Position numbers and translations under genes: made by a program. A stretch of 64,000 nucleotides of DNA from Amoeboaphelidium protococcarum X5 (Eukaryota > Fungi > Aphelidiomycota), in contig JALDTO010000098.1 in assembly GCA_023515725.1 (NCBI GenBank), positions 398,164 to 462,163 on the forward strand. Reading direction: 5' to 3'. Of this stretch, positions 40,316 to 51,884 are shown one piece after another (the stretch's first letter is position 1; every line of letters begins with the position of its first letter). Under the pieces are notes generated by a model that did no database searches, was not told the DNA's origin, and worked only from the letters and a program-made list of their open reading frames with translations.

Positions 40316-42916
40316 ATGCCAGCATCCTAGCCTGCTACTGTGATGGATTAGGTTCCAACGTCTGGTGACTTGAAGCATCATAAGAGAAATAATACTGGTG
40401 CTCGTGGCCAGAAGCATAACTAGGTTGAGCTGACTAAGGAGCAGTGGTAGCACTGGAATGAGCTGATGAAGCAGGATGATATCAATGTCAACACTGTGGA
40501 AAAATCTGTGGTCAAGCATGCACTGACTACTCTTGCCAGGACTCCTTACAATCTGGATGGACTTGCTGCGTACCAGTCAGTTGCTCATTCTGTCAGAGAC
40601 CAGTTGATCAGTCGCTGGAACGAGACGCAAAACTACCACACCGCCCAGAATATGAAGAGAGTGTACTATATGTCTTTGGAGTTTCTGATTGGTCGCTCAC
40701 TGGACAATGCCATCTTGAATATGGAGCTGAAGGGAACGTACAAGGATGCAATGCGTCAGTTGGGGTTTGATTTGGAGAATGTGATTGAGGAGGAGGTTGA
40801 TGCTGCTCTGGGTAATGGTGGACTTGGTCGTTTGGCTGCTTGCTTCATGGACTCGTTGGCTTCTCAGAATTATCCTGCTTGGGGTTACGGTCTGCGTTAC
40901 AATTATGGTATTTTCTAGTAGCGTATCATTGATGGTTTCCAGGTGGAGTTTCCTGACTACTGGCTGACTTACGACAATCCTTGGGAGTTGCCTCGTCTGG
41001 ACGTTACGTATGATGTGCGTTTTAATGGTACGGTTCAGCGTGAAGTTGATGCTAATGGTAAAGCCAGGTGCAGATGGGAAGGTGGCGATGTTGTTCAGGC
41101 CGTTGCTTACGATGTGCCTATTCCTGGCTGGAAGACCAAGAATACGATCAACATTCGTTTATGGCGCTCTGTGCCAAAGAAGAAGTTTGACTTGGCTTCC
41201 TTCAATGAAGGTAATTATCAAAAGTCTGTTGAGGAGAACATTAGGGCTGAGAACATCACCTCTGTCTTGTATCCTAATGATCACACCATGGCTGGTAAGG
41301 AGCTACGTTTGAAGTAGCAATACTTCTTCTGCTCAGCCACCCTGAGAGATATTATCCGTCGCTTTAAGAAGAAGAATTAGGATTGGAAGTATTTCCCGGA
41401 CCATGTTGCTATTCAGTTGAACGACACTCATCCAACGTTGGGTATCGCTGAGTTGTAGCGTATTCTGGTTGATGAAGAAGGCTTGGAATGGGATGCTGCT
41501 TGGGGAATTGTGACCAAAGTGTTCTCCTTCACTAATCACACTGTGTTGCCTGAGGCGATGGAAAAGTGGTCAGTGCCAATGTTGCAAGAGCTGTTGCCAC
41601 GTCATATGCAGATTATTTTCGATATTAATCTCTTCTTTTTGCAGAATGTGGAGAAGAAGTTCCCGAATGATCGTGATCGTCTGGCTAGAATGTCTATTAT
41701 TGAAGAGGGAATGCCGCAGTTTGTGCGTATGGCCCACCTGGCTATTGTTGGATCGCACACTATCAATGGTGTGGCAAGTATTCATTCCAGTTTGATCAAG
41801 TAGACTATTTTCCAGGATTTTGTCAAGTTTTATGGCGATGAGAAGTTTTAGAATAAGACCAATGGTATCACGCCTAGAAGATGGCTGCACCAGAGTAATC
41901 CTGATTTGAGTGATTTGATTACAAAGACTTTGGGTAATCAGGACTGGCTGAAGAATTTGAGTTTGTTGAAGAATCTGAAGAAGTTTGCTGATGACCAGCA
42001 GTTCTAGTAGAAGTGGATGCAGGTCAAGTTGGAGAACAAGATCCGTCTGGCCAATTACATCAAGGATAATAATGAAATCGATGTTGACCCGAATGTGATG
42101 TTTGATATCCAAGTGAAGCGTATTCACGAGTACAAGAGACAGTTTATGAACATCCTGAGTGTAATCCATCGTTATTATCAATTGAAAGCAATGACTGAAG
42201 AGCAGAGAAAGGGCGCTGTTCCGCGTGTTGTTATCTTTGCTGGTAAGGCTGCACCTGGCTATTACATTGCAAAGTTGGTTATTAAGTTGATCAACTCTGT
42301 GGGTGATGTTGTGAACAATGATCCGTAAACGAGCAAGTATCTCAAGGTGGTGTTCTTGTAGGATTACAACGTGTCCTTGGCTGAAGTTATCATTCCTGCA
42401 AGTGATATCTCTCAGCACATCTCTACTGCTGGTACTGAGGCCAGTGGTACCTCAAACATGAAGTTTGTGCTGAATGGCGGGTTGATTTTGGGAACTCATG
42501 ATGGAGCAAATGTGGAAATTGCCGAGGAAATCGGGTCTGAGAACATTTTCAATTTTGGATTGAAGGCTGATCAAGTTGAAGAGGCTAGACATCAGTAGCG
42601 TTATAGAAAGACTCCGATGAACAAGGACCTGGCTGCAGTACTATCCCAGCTGTAGAAGGGAGCATTTGGTAATGCTAAAGTTTTGCAGCCTCTGTTGGAT
42701 ACTCTGACTGTTGGAGGAGACCATTACCTGCTGTCTGTTGACTTTGCGTCCTACTTGGATGCTCAGGAGCGTGTTGACAAGGCATTCCAGGATAAGAAGA
42801 AGTGGGCCAGAATGTCGATTCTGTGTTCAGCCGGCATGGGCAAGTTTTCTTCTGACAGATCCATTCAGGAATACGCAGAGTAGATTTGGAAGATTAAGCC
42901 TTGTGCTCTTCCTTGA
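40316..42916 (+). CDS. GPH1: Glycogen phosphorylase, 866 aa
   Basis: [45 protein letters not shown] motif [10 protein letters not shown]. Confidence 0.97.
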
Positions 42917-43098
42917 AAGTGACACGTGGGATGATTTTATGGACATGGGCGTTTAGGAATGACTGGGTGATATTTTGAAATGAGAAGAAGGCGAATGAAC
43001 AATTTTATCAGTGTGGAGGAAATGAATATTAATGCTCAAAATTATTCTGTATTTCATCATTGTCGAATATTAGATATTTTACAAACCGCAAATCATCA

Positions 43099-44231
43099 TC
43101 ACATTATACCTGAAGTCTTTAGCGAGTTCTTAATCAACGTATCCTTTACAGCGGAGAAGACAACCTTGATTTACTTGGTGTCGGTAGCGCATGTCAAATG
43201 AGGATAGATGGTGAGTCCTTGATGATTTGACTATTTAAATCTCCATAGCATAAACTTGGACGCCTTGGTAAAATCATCATCACCCGCATATTCAGGAAAG
43301 TACTTGTTCAAAGGAGTCTTTTTAATTTTCTCCTTGAACAGATCAATCTTATTCAAAAATAGAATGAAAGAACTGTTCACAAACCACTAGCTGTTCACGA
43401 TAGCCTCGAACAAGATGATGCTCTCTGCCATACGGTTTTACGATGAATCCTCCAACAAGACTTGATCATATTCTGACAGCGCGACTATAAATATCACAGA
43501 CGTGACATTCTCAAAGCAATGGATCCACTTCTTTCGCTCCGACCTCTGCCCGCCGACATCATACATTGTGATATTGAGTTTATCAAGCACAAACTTGGTC
43601 TCGGTTATACCAGTAGATTTGACACGCGATTTCAATACGTCATCCTCACTTGGAATGTAATCCCCAGAGGCCACCCTTTCGATATTGTCAAAAAAGTACG
43701 GAGCAGTGTCCATAATGTAGAACTCGTTGCTCCTCTCGAAAGCTCGTTTTACCGCAGCGTCGATCCACACGGCCTTGATCATGTCACCCGTCGGTTTGTT
43801 GATCGTGGCGTCCATTGCACTGTACTTCACACCCGTCAACTAGCGTGCAATTTCTACACATTCAGGATTCTCAAACTGATACTCGAATCGCTGACATGCC
43901 TCAATTAATGCCTTGATGCTGTCGTAGATATTCTTGCAAATGATGGGTTTGACGGACAAGAGTTCATCCTTGCTGTATCCGTTCATGAAACAGATTCTCA
44001 TTTGTTTCACAATCGTTGATTTTCCAGATTCTCCGGCTCCTACACTAACGATTAACACACAGCGGTCACTTTTTAATCATGAAATCTAATCAATAATGAG
44101 CTCTTACCTAATAATAAAATCTTGCATTATTTAGTGCTCTGGCTCTTCTTTGCTTCCTCTTGCAGATACTGATTGATCTTGGCAGATTACTTAATTTACT
44201 CCGACTATTCTTGAGATAGACAAAGGCCCAT
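43099..44231 (-). CDS. Heterotrimeric G-protein alpha subunit (fungal group III/Gpa2-like), 354 aa; exons 44231-44108, 44039-43099
   Basis: MGLC acylation start, [38 protein letters not shown]-terminal LKTSGIM. Confidence 0.95.
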
Positions 44232-44555
44232 TTTAATTATTAGAGCTATTGTAAAACACTTGCAAAGTTATATTAATCTCGATTGTAAATAAGACTCGCC
44301 ACTAATGTTAACTAACCAACGATACGCAGAGTTCACTATAACGTGATAATTAAAGACTCACGGATAGTAATAGTCTTTTGTAAAGATTAAGAAGGTAACA
44401 CTTTCGGCCCAAATAAATTGCGAAATCTATAAATAGTTTGACTGGTCGCACCCTCATAGCTATGCGCCCATTGACAACTCCCATCAACTTTGACAAAAAT
44501 AAAAACTAAAAACAAAAATCTAAATCATCTTTTATAAAAATATACCAAATAAATT

Positions 44556-45293
44556 TCATCTCATATTGTCAATCAAAGAATCGCGCATATCTGTCACAAT
44601 GGCAGATGGCTGGGCGTTCTACAGCTTGAAGATGCTCTCAATCACGGCCAGCTCTGTACTGGTTGTGTCAAGGCCGGCAAACGCGCTGTAATCATTAACG
44701 ACCAATCCACCGCCAATAACATCACTACCACGGTTCACAGTTCCGGAGACCAATGGAATCTGAAGGAGTGAAGACAGCTCATCTTGATCCTGCACAGTAG
44801 TTCTTGGATGAACGAGGCCACCCTGATTCGAGAGAACACAGTAACTGCCAACAAGGACATTGTCAGCTATAGTCTGTCTGAATACTTCCACCTTGAGTAC
44901 ATCGGCAATAATTTCTTCAGTTTCCCTATCAATATCTGGATGAACGAGAGCGACATAATCATTACAAGCGATCACATTACCCAGAGCACTGAGACGTTCT
45001 TCTATACGCTAGATGGCCACAGAGTCTGGCAGCGAATTCCTGAGATGCTACAACTCCTGATCAGTGGTTGTACTAGGAACCAAGAGACCATGACGATTAC
45101 CAGCAGTCAATCTACCAATGATACGAGTGCCAGCGATAGACGTGTGAACCACAGGAATGACCTGTCCAAGTTCACTCTCAAATACACTGTAAAAGTTCTC
45201 CGATCCACCAATAGCCACCAAGCAGTACGCGTTAGTCAGACGCGAAAACACTCCAATATCATTCTTATTCTCAAATTAAGCACGCAGCGCCAT
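44556..45293 (-). CDS. TIF6: Translation initiation factor 6, 245 aa
   Basis: [49 protein letters not shown]. Confidence 0.97.
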
Positions 45294-45492
45294 TTTAATA
45301 TTATAATTATTGTACTTGGGTAGTAGTAGGAGTTGTTGTGTAAAATATATCAATTTTGATAATCAATAATTAAACAGCAATGATAAAAGATCAAAATGGG
45401 AAAAGAATGCAAATTCGACCTTAACGCTCGGCTCTCTCTCTCTCACAGAATTCAATCGATTTTATAATATTCATCGCGGATATTCACATTGA

Positions 45493-46668
45493 TCAATCCT
45501 GCATCGCTTGTTTTATAGCTTCGAAAACTCTCAGCTTATCTGGGACGTAGAATTTCTCAAAAATAAGCGGGAATGGAACATCATATCCACAGACGCGTTG
45601 AATCGGTGTCTCTAGTCGGAGAAAGCAACGCTCTTGGATAGTGGAGGCAACTTCGGCTGCAAATCCTGCAGTCACCGGAGCTTCGTGAGATATAATCAAT
45701 CGGCCAGTCTTGTTTACAGACTTTTCAACAGTCTCAATGTCCCAGGGGGAGATTGTGCGCAGATCAATCAGCTCAATCTTGATGCCGGGAAACTGCTGCT
45801 CCGCCATTGCAATAGCCCATTCCATAACATACAACTGCGAGCCATAGCCAACCAGAGTGAGGTCACTACCCTCTTATAGCACTTCAGCCTTCTCTAGTGG
45901 AAGAGTGAAATCTTCAACAGGAACCTATTCCACAGCGGATCTATACAAAATTTTTGGCTCCAAGAATACAACTGGATTAGGATCTTGGATTGAGGCGAGT
46001 AATAGTCCCTTGGCCTGCAGTGGACTTCTTGGCATCACAACTTTAACTCCGGGAGTATGAGCGAAATAAGCCTCCGGTGACTGAGAGTGATAATGACCAC
46101 CATGACCGACAGCACTACACGGGGATCTTATAGTGAGTCCACCGCAGTCAAACTGATTACCAGATCTGTAACGATACTTGGCAGCTTCATTAACAATCTG
46201 ATCGAACGCCGGAAATATGTAATCTGCAAACTAAATCTCGGCAATAGGAGTATGACCCATAGAAGCAAGTCCAATAGCGAATCCAGCGATACCTCCCTCA
46301 CTCAGTGGAGTATTAAACACCCGTCCCTGTCCATACTTTTACAACAGGTTCATTGTGCATCGAAACACTCCACCGAATGCAACATCCTCACCAAACACCA
46401 CAGCTTTATCGTTATTCTGCAGAGACAAGTCTATGGCATTATTCACAGATTGACACATGTTCATTTTCTACAGTTCATCCAACTTCTTGCCAGGATTCGA
46501 GTCGTAAAGTTCCTTATACTAACGGACATCATCTACATTATGAAGCAGGAATTTAGACTGAGCAATGGTCAAGTTTTCTCCAGAAGCAGCCATTGGACCA
46601 GCTGCTGCATTCATCTATCTACTCTTTTAAGAAATTTATCTTTGAAAACTTTTAATTACATGGTTCAT
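45493..46668 (-). CDS. BCKDHB: Branched-chain 2-oxoacid dehydrogenase E1 beta subunit, 391 aa
   Basis: [53 protein letters not shown]. Confidence 0.95.
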
Positions 46669-46708
46669 ATTATTATCTGATTAATCAAATTTAAATTCAA
46701 CTTTAATT

Positions 46709-46863
46709 AGAACGGAGACTTTAGCGGGAGAACAGACTGAGAATGTAAGAGAAGCCTCTCTTGAGAACGGACTTCCTTCAACGAGTGTTCGTTCCATCAA
46801 CGCGCTTTACAGAGAACGGAACTGCTTGTTCTCTGAGTGTTCAACAATCACACGGCCGTTCTC
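46709..46863. promoter_or_regulatory. Bidirectional BCKDHB/GRS1 promoter with repeated (G)AGAAC(G/A)G motifs
   Basis: Copies at 46709, 46728, 46763 and 46812; inverted copies at 46827 and 46856. Confidence 0.5.
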
Positions 46864-47011
46864 TCTTTCTCAGTTTCTTCTCATTTCGCCTTAATCAGTG
46901 ATTAGACGTGAGTGTTAGCGGACAGTCTAGTCGCCATTAGGTACATTGAAAATACGCGTTTTTAATCAATATTATAGGTAGGCAAATCGATTCATAAGTC
47001 GAGTTGGTAGA

Positions 47012-49090
47012 ATGGACGGTTTGCAGTAAAAGATTAGTGAATTGTAATTACTGGTTGAGTAGTAAGGTGCTCTGGTCAAGCAGTAGAAGGCTCAAGGTAA
47101 AGCGAAAGATGAAATCTAGCCAGACATTACCAAATTGATTAGCCTCAAAGCTGAGTTATCTAAGCTAGAAGATTAGTTGCCAAAGTCTTAGAAATTTAAT
47201 CGCGCTGCTTTAGAGGAAGTGTCGAGGAAGCGCTTCTTTTATGGTTAATCCTTCAGTCCTTATGGCGGTATATCTGGTCTGTATGATTATGGTCCTGTGG
47301 TGTGCGCGCTGTAGAACAATGTTGTTGACTTATGGAGAAAGCATTTCGTGTTGGAAGAAGACATGTTGGAAGTTGATTGTACCATACTCACGCCGCATGA
47401 TGTTCTCAAGACTAGTGGACACGTTGATAGATTTGCAGATTTGATGTGCAAGGATCTGAAGACTGGCGAGATTTATCGCGTAGATCATCTGGTGGAGAAT
47501 GAGTTGGAGCATAGATTAGAGCATGATGAGCTGTTGAAGAAGGGCTAGAAGCTGCCAAAGAAGGATGTGAAGGTTGAGCCGCTGTCTCAGGCTCAGGTTG
47601 AAGAAATAAAATCTATCCTGGCCCAAATTGATGGATTCAACATGCAAGAGTTGAAGGATATTATCAAGAAGTTTGATATAAAATCACCTCAAGGAAATGA
47701 AGTCAGTGAGCCGGAAATCTTTAATCTTATGTTTGGCACGTCCATTGGAGCAACTGGTCAATTTCCTGGATTCTTGCGGCCAGAGACTGCGCAGGGTCAG
47801 TTCTGCAACTTTAAGCGCCTGCTTGAGTTCAACAATGATCAGATGCCTTTTGCTTCTGCTTCTATCGGAAAGTCGTTCCGTAATGAGATTTCGCCTAGAA
47901 GCGGTCTGCTGCGTGTCCGTGAATTCCTTATGGCTGAGATTGAGCATTTCGTGCATCCATAAAAGAAGTAGCATCCAAAGTTTGACACTATGAAGGATGT
48001 GATGCTTAATTTGCTTCCTGAGAGTGTATAGATGCAAGGCAAGACTGAAATTGTACGAATGAAGTTGGGTGAAGCTGTGAGCACTGGTTTGATTGATAAT
48101 CAGACTATTGGCTACTTTATGGCCAGGATTCATCTGTTCCTGGAGAAGATTGGTGTTGATATGCAGAGAGTTCGCTTTCGCCAGCATTTGAGAAATGAGA
48201 TGGCTCACTATGCTGTGGCCTGTTGGGATGCTGAGATTCATAACTCTTATGGATGGATCGAGTGTGTCGGTTGCGCTGATAGAAGTGCTTATGATTTGAC
48301 CAAGCACACGGAGCGAACTAAAGAGAAGCTGGTGGCGCGGGAGCAGTTGGAGAAGCCCATGGTTGTGGAGAAACTGTCATTGATTTTGAACAAGAAACTA
48401 TTTGGACCTGCGTTTAAAAAGGATGCTAAACTGGTGGAAAGTGCTTTAAATGCTTTGGGAGAGTCAGAGTTGGCGTAGTTGAAGAAGCAATTGGATGCTG
48501 GTGTTAGTGTTAGCGTCAAGTATGAGCAAGATCAGACTGCTACCATCACTCCATAGATGGTTCAGATCGAGTTGATTAAAGAGACGGTTCACGTGGTGGA
48601 GTATACTCCGAATGTGATTGAACCATCGTTTGGTATTGGTAGAATTCTGTACTCATTATTGGAACATTCATGGTACGTTCGCGAGGGCGATGATTAAAGA
48701 AATGTGTTCAAGTTCCCAGCAGTTGTGGCTCCTACCAAGTGCCTTGTGCTACCAATTTCCAATAATGCCGAGTTCCACCCAGCCCTGCAGTAGGTGACCA
48801 AAAAGTTGAATAGACTTGGAGTTTCGAATAAAATCGACAACAGCTCCGGTGCTATTGGAAGAAGATATGCCCGCAATGATGAACTAGGTACCTCGTTTGG
48901 TATCACCATTGATTTCTAGACTGTGAGCGATGGAAGTGTAACGCTAAGAGAGCGCGATACAATGTCACAAGTTCGTGGTAGTGTTGATGAAATTTGTGAA
49001 GCTGTGCGTGATCTATGTCAAGATGTCTCTAGTTGGAGCGATATTGTCAAGAAATTTCCAGCCTTCACTAAGCAGGATACCGACAATTGA
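47012..49090 (+). CDS. GRS1: Glycyl-tRNA synthetase with N-terminal WHEP domain, 692 aa (possible UUG-initiated extension from 46946)
   Basis: [62 protein letters not shown]. Confidence 0.97.
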
Positions 49091-50186
49091 TTAAAAAGAC
49101 GATGGTTCATACCTGATATCAATATATATACCATTCACATATTCTATTTGACGCTCTCTATTTTATTTGTCAGAGTTGGTGTTAAATCAATCTGTTTAGA
49201 AGTTTAGATCTTAGCAGTAGATTTTATCCAACGCTAAATGTGGCTGATGTTAACCAGTACAGATTGATCGCCTACACACATTAGGGTATAAGTTGTAAAT
49301 ATTGATCTCGGTATCAAAATCAAATAGGATATACCATGGGCATCTATAGCGATATGGGTACAGACATAACAGACATTGAGATTAACAATATTCGCGCAAC
49401 CACTGACATGTTCTATCGCAAATCTTACATCTACAGTATATGCAAACATATTAGCGACAGACAATAGTACGCATGTCATCGCAATTGCGATCTGTAAAAA
49501 CCTTACCAGCTTGAGATTTAGTAGATGAAGGGAAACTAAAAGTCCAGCTGAGAGAAGGGACGGATCTCGCCGCGTCAAATCTTGCCAAATGCCAAATCCA
49601 CCTGTAGAAAGTCCATTGGCTGGTAAACGTTGAGCTTAAGCGGAACTTTTTTTATTATCCTCTTTATCTTATTATCCGTTAAACCATATCGTGTCATGTC
49701 CGCATATAGATCTTAATGAGAGCGAGAGAGATATGAATATCGGAATCTAGATGAGAGGGAGGACAATGTGATTAAGCGGGCGAAAATTGGCTATCCTATG
49801 TGCTTTGTGCAATTTGACTTTGTATCGAGAGTCTATCAGGGCATACTGTCGCACGATATCAGTATACGGAGTTATACTCTGTAATCGTTAGCTGGACGCG
49901 TGTAGATACATCGACACTGGCAGAGTTGTCATCGACCGCACCAATATCGTAGACTTTACAATTGTGAACCACCACTTTTCATCATCACTGTGCAAGTAAT
50001 CCATCCAGCGAACCTTAAATTATAAGACTGCAGTTTCGTCAGCAGATTACCGAACGTTGACGTTTCCTTTAAAGTTCAAAACGCGAAATCTCAACGCGAT
50101 TTTTCCTGCTGAGCCTGCTTAAGCCTTTACAACTGTTCTCGCCTCACGCCTCTCACTTAATTATTAAGCAATTTCCTCAATTAATA

Positions 50187-51072
50187 ATGATGAAGTGGTG
50201 CTTGGCAGTTCTGATTGCCAGTCTTGGCTTGGTTGTGAATGGTTTACATTTTTATATGCAGACTGATCAAGTGAAATGTTTTATTGAAGAGTTGCCTTCA
50301 GAGACTTTAGTACTCGGTAGGTGTGTAAATAATACTCTTTCGTTTAAAGTCTTCTTTGCATATTGATTCTGCTTAGTGTAGGAAAGTATAAAACTGAATA
50401 GTTTAATTCTTAAATCAATTAGTGGATTGAGAACCCAGCCTTGGGTGCGGAAATTGTGGTTGATGTAAGATACATTTTATCTTATGTTTTTGATAGAATG
50501 AACAAGTGTCGTTCGTTGATCACACAGTGATTGTTGTAGTAAGTGCATGATAGACAAGTTATCAAAAGCCAGAAGGGAGGAAGTTCTGGTAGATTTTCTT
50601 TCACTTCAGGTAAGTCTATTGTATCCCAGTTTTGAAACATACATATGTCCAATGCTTGGCCTTATGGTCATTAATTAATAATAATAATAATGTAGCTGAA
50701 AGTGCCACTTATTCCATCTGCCTCAGCACCAACAGAACTGGATGGTTTCAGAATGAGCGCGCGAAAATTCATTTCGATTTGGCGCTGGGCGATGCGGCTC
50801 AAGACGAGAGCGATCTGCAGCAGCTGGACGAGTCGCATCAGAAACTGTCCAACATTGCCTTCCGTGTCCGTGAGCTGAACCACAGAATTGCTGATATTCG
50901 ACGTGAGTAGGCTTACTAGAGACAGCGCGAAGCTGAGTTCAGGGACAAGAGTGAGTCCACAAATTCCAGAGTGTTGTGGTGGTCGTTCTTTCAAGTGGTG
51001 TTGCTCAGCCTGACTGCTTACTGGTAGGTGAGACATTTACAAGGATTTTTCACTGCAAAGAAGATGGTGTGA
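50187..51072 (+). CDS. p24/emp24 GOLD cargo receptor (p24alpha, Erp1/TMED9-like); exons 50187-50316, 50382-50464, 50540-50609, 50696-51072
   Basis: LHFY...KCFIEELP, GRFSFTS, REAEFRDKSESTNSRVLWWS, C-terminal FFTAKKMV. Confidence 0.92.
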
Positions 51073-51150
51073 TATTATGAGTATCAACATACATGAGTGT
51101 TTTTAACTTTTACATTTACTGTTTTCAATCGCGTTGTAATTTAGTATGTT

Positions 51151-51745
51151 TCAATTCACGTCTCTGGGCGTGAATAACTCTTGAGCATCCGACATCTCGC
51201 ATTTAACATGATCGTAAGTATTAGTTGAATATGATTCCATATTGGTCTATGGCGCCTGAACAAAGTGGATTAAAGCTTTGTAAGCAGTTAGGTATTCTTT
51301 GTCCATTTCAACAAAGTCCTTTTTTGTCTATCAATTCTGAACAAGGTACCGCGTCACGTCGCCCTCCTTCCTGATCCCAACGAGAACCATAGCGTGACTT
51401 TTCCTTATTGTAGTTGACACAGATCCAAGGCTCTGCATATACTCAGAATCATACGCTTCTTCTTCTATTAAAAGGCAAGATCAATCGTGGACTGAAAGAC
51501 TTCAAATATGATCCCATCTCTCGGTGCCCACGGCGCGTAAGGAATACTGGTGCAGGCTCTTGGACCAATATCTGTTCCAGGAACTCATCTTTCCAAAACC
51601 TTCGCTCCAGAGCCACCCACAATCCTATTCTTCTCCAAGTTAATCGCAGTATTTAGCATCGGAATAGAATCTTTAAACCTAAAGCTAATTTCATAATGTT
51701 TCAGAAAGTATCTGAATGCATCCGCAGTTGAAATGAAATGATGGA
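51151..51745 (-). pseudogene. Papain-like cysteine protease relic
   Basis: HAMVLVGIRKEGDVTRYLVQN-TGA-TAG-TKKDFVEMDKEYL; in-frame TGA at 51331; upstream part frameshifted; no catalytic Cys block found. Confidence 0.65.
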
Positions 51746-51884
51746 CTTTTTTTCTTGTTTCGAAATTTAAAGGGGGCGGCTGGCGACGCGTTTTTTTTAT
51801 TTCAGTCCAAGTCGCAGGTTGTTGTCTTTGAATCTGTGTGTGTGTGTCTGCTGTGTGAATATATACTGATAAGGATATCTTGGG

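Noticed and set aside
41570-42418. Long antisense ORFs (also 47684-48307, 46087-46680, 44784-45323, 15351-15851)
   Set aside because: Shadows of conserved genes on the opposite strand
40316-44231. GPH1 next to G-alpha as a cAMP/glycogen cluster
   Set aside because: Convergent neighbours in a dense genome; no evidence of co-regulation
51331-51333. TGA read-through or selenocysteine in the papain-like frame
   Set aside because: The position looks like a mutated Trp and the upstream part is frameshifted; a pseudogene is simpler
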